From: Vicugna vicugna
Taxonomy: Eukaryota
DNA: 64,000 bases
Assembly (NCBI GenBank): GCA_013265495.1
Contig: MU058337.1
Span: forward strand, 6,058,716 to 6,122,715
Direction of reading: 5' to 3'
Part shown: positions 54,001-64,000 of the stretch, piece after piece
How positions within the stretch are numbered: position 1 is the first letter of the stretch
Layout: each line of letters starts with the position of its first letter
Position numbers and translations under genes: made by a program
Notes under the pieces: generated by a model
The model's database searches: none
The model's input: the letters and a program-made list of their open reading frames with translations, nothing else
What the model was told of the DNA's origin: nothing

Positions 54001-56779
54001 TAAAATGTATAAAGAATTACATTTTTAACATTCTAAAGATAAGCTAGGCTAGTGTTTCCTAACGCTACCGCATCTACGCACAAAAGTAACTTGGAATAAA
54101 GTCCTGAGTTCTAAAATGCTTCATTATAATATATTAAGCTTTTCTACAAGGAGAAAACTTTTGGATTTTCCCAAACACCCCAATTTCAAAGACAATATTA
54201 ACACGAGCCCTGGCCCTATGTCCAGCAACACTGACCACAGTCTCCATAGATTACCCTTGAATGATCTAAGCAGGCTTTCAAAAGCCAGAACAAGCTGGTA
54301 CCAATCAGGCAAAGAGGGAAAATGAGTCCCAGAAGGAATCACCACAGAGATCCCAGCCACAATCCCGGGGACCCTAGGAGCTGAAAAGGCCTAGCAGGCC
54401 TTTGCTTGTGGCGACTCACTGCATAACAATCAGACTTGGCTTAGCAGTTAGAAGCAGGCTGATCCTCTATTGTTCACTTTCTAGGTCTATCAGAGTATTT
54501 GCACTTTAACAGAAAGTCTGCCAGGAAGAAGAATCTGAGGAAGATGAAATGGAAAGGCAGTCACACAAAGGGGATTTAAGGGAGTCACCTACCTGTGACA
54601 ACTTCTGTAGATCTCATCTTTGCACTTCCATCCTGCTTCATGCATTGCTAATCAGAGATCCACTGGAAGCTTCAGAATCAACTGAAAGGCCTGGCAGGGT
54701 ATTTGGCCTTCAGTTCTTCTACTCGATTTATTCCCTATATTCATCAGGCTTAGAAACAACTCTTGAACAAGGGCAGCCACTCAGCAATGAAATGTAAATT
54801 ACTGACATGTGCTGAAACCTGGACTTGCCACCTCTAATGAGCACATTAAAGTAAAAATGCTCACTTTTTACCGAACCCTGTGTGCACAGAAAGCCACAAT
54901 TCAACATCAATTAAAAGAGCTAGCTGCAAAACAGTAACAGAGCAGCCCTGTCACCACTTTTAATACCTCATAGACCAAAAAGCTAAGACAAACATGAAAT
55001 TTTTACATTTCATCGACTAAAAATGTTGTGCAAAATCGTAAACATGGTCAGCTTCAGTTAAGATTTGTGAACCATTATTTCAAAGTTTTCTTAAACTGAA
55101 AGTAAGAGTGATAGTTTAAAAAAAAAAGATATTAACCTATTGGTTTAACTCATTAATTCAGTCAACAAATTCTAGACTTAGTGATCTAAAACTCACAAGA
55201 GACTTGGCAAGACTGAAAATTATAAAAGCTTGTCAAGAAAAAAATTATAAACTGTAATGATTTAGATCTCAGACTAAACAAAATATTTGGTTCATATGAG
55301 CAGGAATTCATATATATTGAGGCACAGGCTATTAGTCTGTTCACCATAATCTAGTCTGCAATTTACAATGGAAAATTCTAGAATGAAATGAGAACAAACA
55401 TCTAGGGTCTATTATTAACTTATAAATATGATTTTCATAATTAAAAATTTAAATTTTTAATGAAAACTTCAAAGTAAATGTGGCAATAGAATGAAGGTAT
55501 CATTAGTTATTTTAATTTAGTGTATGACACTTATTTTTCCAAAGAACACTATAATACAAGCAAGCACCTGTAATATTAGCATGTTTGAATAGAATTTTAT
55601 CTTTTCCTGATGACGTAAAAAGTATACTAGATTCTTAAAGGCCTTAAAAAATAAATCACAACAAACACTAAACAACACGTTAAAAATCTGGTTGTTTTCT
55701 CTTTGTGTTTTTTGGCTAAATTTAAGTTTTCCATATAATGGTGTGCAGTTAAATTCCAGGTTTTTAGAAGCCTTGGGGCTTCAACAGACTTCAATAGACT
55801 TCAAACAAAAGAACTGATATCCTACTAGCATGTGATTACGAAAATCATCTTACATCTGATTCAGTTTCTCCATCTATAATTTAGAGATGATGATACCAGA
55901 GTATATACAGACTGGAAAAAAAGCACATGTGAAACCACTTTTTATACTATTTGGCAATCCCCTAAACAAGAGAATCATTAGTTCACTAGGAACCCAAGTC
56001 CTCATCCTTCTCCTATCAGAGAGACCCATTTGACAAAGTCTCCTTGTATATCCAGAAATACACCCCCCAATCCATCAGGAATCCAGTTTTTTTTTTAAAC
56101 CTTGAAGAAAATGTACACTTGTCCAGGTAATCTCCTCAGAGGATATAAGCATTTATCTACTTTCCAAAGGATATGTATTTCTGCTTCACTGGTTACTTTC
56201 TGACACTTCAGAGGGATTTTTCATCTTCTATCTCTTCTTACTCCTTATCTGATATCTTTCAGTATCTGTAGTTCATCATCTCCACTGCTATTTTTAACCT
56301 CTATTAAATTCTGTTACTGTTATGAACGACTCATACATCCCACTAATTAAAATTAAACTGACCAACGCATCTGAAAAGTGGGTCTTTCTACATGTGTGTG
56401 CTTGGTGGCTGCTGTGGCTGTCACACACTGACTCAACCAGGACAACCACATTGCAGACTCCACCACAAACCACCACTACTAATTTCCACTGTTCTCTTTT
56501 TTCTCTATGCTTTTCTTCTTATTTCAGCTGCTTCTTTCCCCCACTTTTAGGTTTTAGGGGAAAACATTTACTTTCTACAGACACATGTTCTATAAGCTAG
56601 AGATATCAAGAGGCTTAACAAATTATAATTATAAAATTATACAATTAAAGTCTGTCAGGGAAAAAATAATGATAGGTGAGTAAAACAGAGCTGAAAATAT
56701 TTTAAGGTTTTATTCTGTTTTGCTCCACAACAAGCTGTACAATCTCTTCTTCAGAACCAGCACAGCCCAGAAGGTAGGA

Positions 56780-56975
56780 GTACAGGCAATGCCTGGGTTG
56801 AAATCCTTGCCTGGGCACTAAGCTGTGTGAGCGACTCGCTTAAACTCACCTTCCTTTTGTTTCTTACACCTGTGAAGACAGTACTATCCACATGTAGGGC
56901 TATTAAGAAAAGCAAACGCGTTAGCACATGTGGTGTGCTTGGAATAGTGCGTGACACACAATAAATACTCAAAAA
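56780..56975 (+). mobile_element. MIR SINE
   Basis: gcctgggttgaaatcc...ctaagctgtgtga...gtgcttggaatagtgcgtgacacacaataaatactcaa. Confidence 0.65.
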
Positions 56976-57742
56976 AGTTGACAATTTGCTAAAGGTAGAA
57001 ATCTCATCCATTAATATCATGGTCACAATCAACCTTGCTGCTTGTACTCTTATTTTATATAGATTCATTATTTCCCTTTTGTCTTTCTCTATTAATCACT
57101 TTTAAAATTGCTTTTGCTTTTTAAGTGGTGTGATAAAAAAAATGATAAAAGCAGGAATGATGAATCACAGTCTTTAAACACTATACTAATTAGCATCAGC
57201 ACAAATTAAAACTCCACAGCATAAAGACGGTAAAACAAACCTACTACTAACAAAATATACATGGAAGACAAAGCCACAATTTACTAAAAGTCATATACAG
57301 AAATCTAACACATGATTTTTCTCATGCAAAAGGAATTAAACAGAAAATCACAGATCCTAACAAATACTTGTTAATTTTTTTAAGTAACAAAAATGTATTT
57401 CAAATTAGCTTGGTGGGAATAGCATAGAGATTAAGCCTCCTTCTAAAAGTTAGTCTCATGCTTGGAAATGTATATAAGCAACTCCATTAAAATTGGCAAA
57501 CAATTATTAATGACTGGTAAGTGGTAAACAACAGGAATTTAAAAATGAATAAGTAGACATCCTTGACTTGTCATTTAATTATAAGACCAGGAAAGGATGC
57601 AAAAGTCAGGTGGGGAAGGGTGGTCAGAGAAATCTTGCTCTTTCTAACTAGAATGCTCTTCTCTCTGAAATCTCAGCTTCTTAGAGAGGTTTTTTTGGCA
57701 CCACCTTATCTAATCCAAAGAGGCCATCCATTTACCTCCTGG

Positions 57743-58135
57743 CAGTGTTTCTCCAACTTCTGGGGCCTAGAATCTCTTCACAGTTTTAAAAAACTGATGA
57801 TCTCAAAGAGCTGTTAATTGTCAAAGAATAAACCCACTTAAGGCTAACAATTAGAATTAATACTTTTTTTGACAAATTAGTAAGAGTAGAAATGTTTTAC
57901 ATTTTTGCAAATCTCTAACATCCGGCTTAATAGAACACAGCTGAATTCTCATAACTGGTTCTGCATTCAGTCTGTTATCATAACATACATGATATAGCCA
58001 CTGGGAAACTCGACTGCACAATCGTCAGAGAATGAGACGAGGGGTGGGGGAACTATTCTGAAAAGTCTTCACTTGGCAGAGTCTCTGAAAGAGTCTCAAG
58101 GATTCCCAGATGCCCCAGAACACACTGGGAACCAA
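57743..58135. mobile_element. hAT-Charlie DNA transposon remnant inserted in an L2
   Basis: cagtgtttctccaac start; tttacatttttgcaaatctct..ggcttaatagaacacagctgaattctcata..tctgcattcagtctgtt; ..cacactgggaacca end. Confidence 0.7.
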
Positions 58136-60800
58136 TATTTTATTGCACAATCCACTTGTATATTCTTTATAGCATTCGTCATGATCTGTCTTTGCTAATT
58201 CATTTATTGTCTGCCTCCCTGTACTAGGAAATAACCCCATGAAAACTTAGATTCTGTCCTGTTCACTGTGAATATATCCAGTATCTAGAGCACTGACTGG
58301 CACCTTCCTACTCGTGCCAGAAGATATGAGATAAACCTTCTATGTAAATGAAATTATGGTCTCTCTTTCATTTTTGTAATCCATCCAAAAATAGTCCACA
58401 TAGATTCTTACCCTTTGCTAGGTAAACTCACCTGAGTTCACCAGTTTGGTTCCTTGCAATTAGAAATCATATATGCCATCCATGGAAGGTGCTCATCCTA
58501 CTATACTACATCATTTTTCCAAACTGTGCCAAGAGTTAATGAATATTCCATGAGGGCAGGAAATTAATGGTCTGACAAGGTAAGGACTTAATTTCTCAAA
58601 TTCTTATTCTATTATAAACAAAACACAATGAATCAAAACGTGATTATTTCTTTTGGCAATTAATCTGTTCTGGAGATAATCTTCTTGGTCTACTTTAATC
58701 AAGGCACATATTATAAGAACAGAGCATGATAAAAGCTCTTTGAGAAATGCAGTGCTATGTAATAGTCTTAGCAGAAACAGCCTATCATCATGAGAGGTAA
58801 AGCATAAATACTCTAATATGATACCTGGAATAATAGAAGTTATTTTTTATTGCTCTAGATTAAGCCCTTTTAACAACTGGATTTTTCCTTTTCATAACTG
58901 ACATTACACGGGAGTGAGTTCCCTTTTATATATATCCCCTCTAGTCTAATAACCAGTTTATACACACGAGAAGGATTCTTCTTTACTGTAACTCTTTGTG
59001 GTGGCCATGCTTGAGTCAACATGTGATAAGCCAAGACGAGCTGGAAAAGGTTAATGTTTTTAGATACCACACTTTTGACTTTCATGTGGTGTCTATTCTA
59101 TCAATCTTAAAGGATAAAGACAAAACATTGTTCTATTTCTCTTGATCATGAAAATATCAAATATAAGTGATGAAGACTAAAACAGACATTTTGATAAAAG
59201 GGGAACATTTCAAAGACAAAGGCTGATATCCCCTCATATTGGATGTGAAGGAGAGCCTCAGCGTCTCCCAAGTTTAATGTGTTCTCCAAGACAATCAAGT
59301 TAACACTGAACTCATTATATACTGCATGATATTTCAGTCTCTTAGAACAATGTAAGATTTAAAGCAGTACTTCCTCTGGGCCGTATTTCTTTTGTATTTC
59401 AGCAGTCCTGTAACCAAGTCAGCCTTCTAATATCACATCATTATACAATTAATAACATCAAACACATGCTACCCTAGTGAAATATATTGACATTTTATAT
59501 ATTATATATAAAAATATAACTAATTCTATCCACTCAATATATTTTATATAAATTGTAGCATTCTAATAAGAAACAGCATCTGTCATTTATTAATCAAAAC
59601 ATTTCCTTACAAAAAATTTAAAAATTTTAAATTTCCTTATAAATAAAATATAATGGTCAAGGAATGTAACACATAATTTTTATCTAATGATTTGTTCTTA
59701 TTTCTCTTAACACCTATATTCAACAAGTGTTATGTGAAGGACTGAAGAAAAATCTAAGAAAACACACACATCTGCACCCTGGCAAGGGCACACACAAATA
59801 CGCCTTAAGTACACTGGAAGTGTGCACGCATAAGAAAGCAATACTCTCTGCTTAGCAAAGTAATATATCACCTAGTGTGCCTCGATACGGTACCTCAAAA
59901 CCTTTGTAACAATATCGTTAGATAAAGTCCAGTCCAAAAACAAAGCCTCAGCAATCATCTCATTATTTCTACCTCTTTGCTTATTTTTTCTACCTCTTTG
60001 CTCATTTTAGAAAGCATGCACTTAGAAGTTTAATTTTAGAATGAATTTGGGGCAGCAAGAATCATTAACTGTATATATGTAATAGCGATAATTAATGTTA
60101 CTTCATTTAATTCAACAAAATCCTCAATCTATTACCTTCACTAGGACAATACCAAAGTCCTTCCTACTAAATTCTAAGTATAGGGGTTACATACAAGTAA
60201 GCGGATAAAAGTTAATTTTAAGAGATCTCAAAGTTACTGTTTTAACCTCAAACAAAGGGAGGAAAATCCCAGTCTCATCGAATCACAAAGTCTTAATTTT
60301 CTTAATGAAATCACCCCAAAACCCTACAACTCTAAATATATTTGCCTTATCTACATCCTTAAAAGACTCCCTAAAAATAAAAGATGTTTCCCTTTTCAGA
60401 TATCCACCCTAGAGTATTTCTATTCAATATCATCTTCAAATTCTTCAACAATATTTTGTTGTAGAAGCTGAACTCTAATCCAACATGTCCTCAAACATCT
60501 CAAAGGACATTCTGCTAAGATAAGGGTTTTGTGAAGTTTCTTTCATAGGTGTTCATTAAGCCTTTTGAACATGACGTATTTAAAGTCACAATTTAAAATA
60601 TACAAAATTATTGTCAAAAGGATAGAGTCACAAAATTTCTCCTCTAAATTCAGGGAGACAGGATTAATTCAACAGAAAAATATCACAGAGAGGAAAAGAC
60701 ATCAGTAACTAACTTATAGCTCTACCAGCTCACTCAAGTACTTTACCTATATAAAGTCAGCAAACCCAAGTGAAGATAGTTACTTTCACTGGCATCCAAG

Positions 60801-60942
60801 ACAGAAAGAAAGAAAGAAAAGAAAGAAAAGAAAGAAAAGAAAGGAAGGAAGGAAGGGAGGAAAGAAGGAAAGAAGGAAAGAAAAGAAAGAAAGAAAGAAA
60901 GAAAGAAAAGAAAAGAAAAGAAAAGAAAAGAAAAGAAAAGAA

Positions 60943-60994
<52 letters not shown>

Positions 60995-61072
60995 ANNNNN
61001 NNNNNNNNNNNNNNNNNNNNNGAAGGAAGGAAGGAAGGAAGGAAGGAAGGAAGGAAGGAAGGAAGGAAGGAA
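60801..61072. repeat. Compound purine microsatellite (GAAA)n/(GAAAA)n/(GGAA)n containing a 26-N assembly gap (60996-61021)
   Basis: Seen directly. Confidence 0.97.
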
Positions 61073-61309
61073 ATTCTGTTTTTAGACTTTAACAATGGTA
61101 CACCAATGAAGGGGAAAAAAGGAGCAGAAAGAGAGTAGCTTCCACCACCAGCAAAAATAGGGGCCAGCCAAAGCTACCAATTCCAAAACAAAACAAAACA
61201 TTAACAACCTAGTGATTAGTCTAGTTCCACTTCATCTTAGAAGCAGTTTTGAACATTTACCAAGAATGGGATTTACAGTTGAAGATTTTTGTTAGAAACT
61301 ATACTCTCA

Positions 61310-61410
61310 TATTCTATGTGACTTCAGGCAAGGCACTTAATCTGAGATTGTTCTCTCTTCTGTAAATCATAATACATCACAGATTGTCATAAAGATTAAA
61401 TGAGAATGTG
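61310..61410 (+). mobile_element. MIR fragment
   Basis: ctatgtgacttcaggcaaggcacttaatc...attgtcataaagattaaatgaga. Confidence 0.6.
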
Positions 61411-62439
61411 GTATTCTCAAGGTAGGTGGTCTATATCTATTTTTAAGAGCCTGGGGGAAAGGAAGAAAAGTTTTGAGCCACTTCTTTTTGTTACATATAA
61501 ATAATAACCTACTTCAGCAAGTAAGAGTACCCTATGTAACAAATCCACAGCAAAATTCTAGCAGGCAGACACACACACACACACACATACACACACAGAA
61601 TATAAATAAGGTAGCAGTGGTAGCCTCTAGGGATTTAAACTGGGGGCTGGAGTCTAAGATGCAGAGATGGAAGAAACCTTATTTTTCAACGTTTACACGT
61701 GAGTTTTTAAGATTTTACATTCCCAAAAGTCTTAAATTTTAATATAATAAAATCAAAGATCTGTGTCCAAAATGTTGAGACGAGAATATTTATGTAGTTA
61801 AAACTAGATGTCTACAAAATACAATGTAGTAACAGTTCTTAACCTTTCTTAAGCCAAGACATATATAAATAAGTCACACACAAAACGTACTTCCATGAGT
61901 TACCCAGATCACAGCACATCGACATAAAATAAGAGTTACAGACAACTTTGGGCTTACAAGGTCTACACCCTTCCTTTTTTCTCCTACTCAAAAAAGAAAT
62001 TTTTTTCAAATATGAGTGACTTGGATATCATATGGATCATTTTAAATTCACTCTAAACTATTTTAATTTTTTAAATACTGTTAAATAAAATCATTGGCAA
62101 ACTTGCTAACTTCATAATTTTAGTTATTAGTTGCCAAGTACTTATAATTCACTTCACAACTATAACATACCATGGATTACAACCTCACAACTGATGACCA
62201 GTGACCTAACAAAAGGCTTTCTTCAAATTTTTACCGACACAACGGTCATATTCCTATAACCTAATCATTCACTGCTTATGTTATTACAAAGTGGAGGAAG
62301 AGATTTCTATGGGCTTTGGCTAAGTTCCCTGTAATTATCTGGTCTTCACTGTTTGGCTTCTGGCTCTTTCCAACTGAACAGACAAGGGTACAGTATTATT
62401 TCATAGTGCTCTGTACTCACGGTCAGCCAACACAGGTCA

Positions 62440-62590
62440 AGCCCTAAATCTGTTACTTACCAGCACAGTGTGATTATTGGCAAGTCACTGCACCTATGTC
62501 TCAGTTTTCTTTTTGTTAAATGGTTGCATGAATTAAATAAAATCATGTATGTCAAAGTATTCTGTAAACTACAGTACCATACATATGTGT
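62440..62590 (+). mobile_element. MIR fragment
   Basis: ttggcaagtcactgcacctatgtctcagttttc...gaattaaataaaatcatgtatgtcaaagt. Confidence 0.6.
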
Positions 62591-62884
62591 ATAATAATAT
62601 AATATTAACAGAGTATTAATCTCAGGAAAAAAATCTAAACTCACAAAATATACATGAAAACTATCAGATTAATTTCCAGAAAGGCTAATTTTACCTAATT
62701 CTCAATTTAAAAAAACTTCAACAGCTCTCCCCACCTATTAAAGCAAAATTATTCACACCTATAATGATAAGGTTATTTACCTAGTGATGCCAGACTTTGT
62801 GCCAAGTTCTTTATATACATTGTTTCTAATCTTTACAACAAAGTAGGTGTCATTCTCTTCATTTTAAAGATGAAAAAATTTCTA

Positions 62885-63185
62885 AGCTATTTCCAAATTT
62901 TGCTATTACAATACCTTACAATAAACATTTTTTATGTATATCTTTGTAGGTGAATTTCTTAAGAGTGAAACTGTTGACTCAAAGAACATACACGTTTTAA
63001 ATTCTGATAGACACTAACAAATTTCTGGCAAAAATGGAAAAGAAAAAAAGGGGGGCTGAAATAATTTACACTCTTAGGAACAAGAAAATTTTCCTGTATG
63101 CTTGCCTACACTGCTGTTATGGCTAGTTTTTAAATGTCTGGCTAATCCAGTGGATTAAAAAAACTAGATCTCATTATTGTTTTTG
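62885..63185 (-). mobile_element. Old L1ME-like fragment
   Basis: tttccaaattttgctattacaa...caataaacatt...aagagtgaaactgttgactcaaag...atctcattattgttt. Confidence 0.6.
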
Positions 63186-64000
63186 AAATAGTTACATTTC
63201 TTACCTTGCTAAAAAGCCTCCAACAAAAGCTGATAAAAGAATACAATCATCAAATCTCAACTGCTTGCCACAGTTCCCTTCTCTACCCTTATATGCTGAC
63301 CATTCTGGACAGAACTCTGTAGGCATACATACACATACCTTTTAAATACATGGATAAGACCCAAACATCAAACAGTAATTATTAAATCTAACATAAATTT
63401 CTCAAAAAGTTAAATACTGTAACTTACAATCTGTGCTGCACTAAAATACGATACAATAATATGAATACATGTATATACCTAAAAACCAGAAAGATAACTA
63501 AGAAGACTATGAAATCTCTTTATACCAGTATTTCCTTTTCCCAGGAACAGATAGTTTTACTTTTCAAAGCTCTTTTGTAAACTCCAAAAGAATTTCTTTT
63601 CTTAATCCTAACAGTCCTCACAGCTTTCCATCACTGTCCCTGTACTGCTCGGAACACAAGGAGCCCAAAGGGGAAACACAGAATGAAAAACAGTTTGGAA
63701 ATAAAATGTTTGCTCAGCACATTAAAATTACTGAAAATTGCTATTCTTTATAAGGGTTATTTGTAGCTTTGTATTTTCCACTAATTATTTAGGTAAAAAC
63801 AAACATGACATGATTTTGTTTAAATCATATACAGTAGGGATTCTATACAATCTGATCCCACTTCTTTTAAATTAAGCATAAGGAGTAATTAGCCTTGTAA
63901 AGAAAATACATAAAGTTTAGTATGCTTTTATATTTGGTTTATGGTACTTTCTAAAGCAAATAAATAGCATACATTCAGAAAAAATTCAAGAAATCATTTT

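Noticed and set aside
54585..54602. Minus-strand donor-like CAG|gtaggt suggesting a cryptic exon
   Set aside because: I could not support a paired acceptor or any coding similarity, and such sites are common by chance.
60757..61138. ORFs of 112 and 122 aa (K/E/R-rich and F/L/S-rich)
   Set aside because: They are translations of the purine microsatellite and span an N gap.
31776..64000. Preceding PCCA exon (expected ..HPGYGFLSEN..)
   Set aside because: Not found by eye. ccccaggatgtac at ~47586 does not extend into the motif, so the exon is presumably beyond the window.

Overview
Mammalian, AT-rich, mostly intronic DNA. Three coding exons of PCCA (propionyl-CoA carboxylase alpha chain, biotin-carboxylase domain) lie on the minus strand at 31644-31775, 14630-14666 and 919-997. 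They are separated by introns of 16977 and 13632 bp, and everything above 31775 is one long upstream intron. tRNA-derived SINEs and L1 3' ends suggest a camelid (alpaca or camel) genome, which is an inference. None of the supplied ORFs is a real gene. The main hidden feature is an old, intronless ARF1-like processed pseudogene (~38570-40390, + strand, antisense to PCCA) with 5'UTR, decayed CDS and 3'UTR. It is followed by ~2.5 kb of apparently repeat-free, T-rich DNA that may have been co-retrotransposed. Also present are a decayed endogenous retrovirus interior with a recognisable DTG protease motif, many L1/L2/MIR/hAT/MaLR fragments, microsatellites, a 26-N gap, and several repeat-free blocks that look like conserved enhancers. 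I found no convincing evidence for a wholly new biological system. Repeat family names and boundaries are by eye and from memory, so they are approximate.
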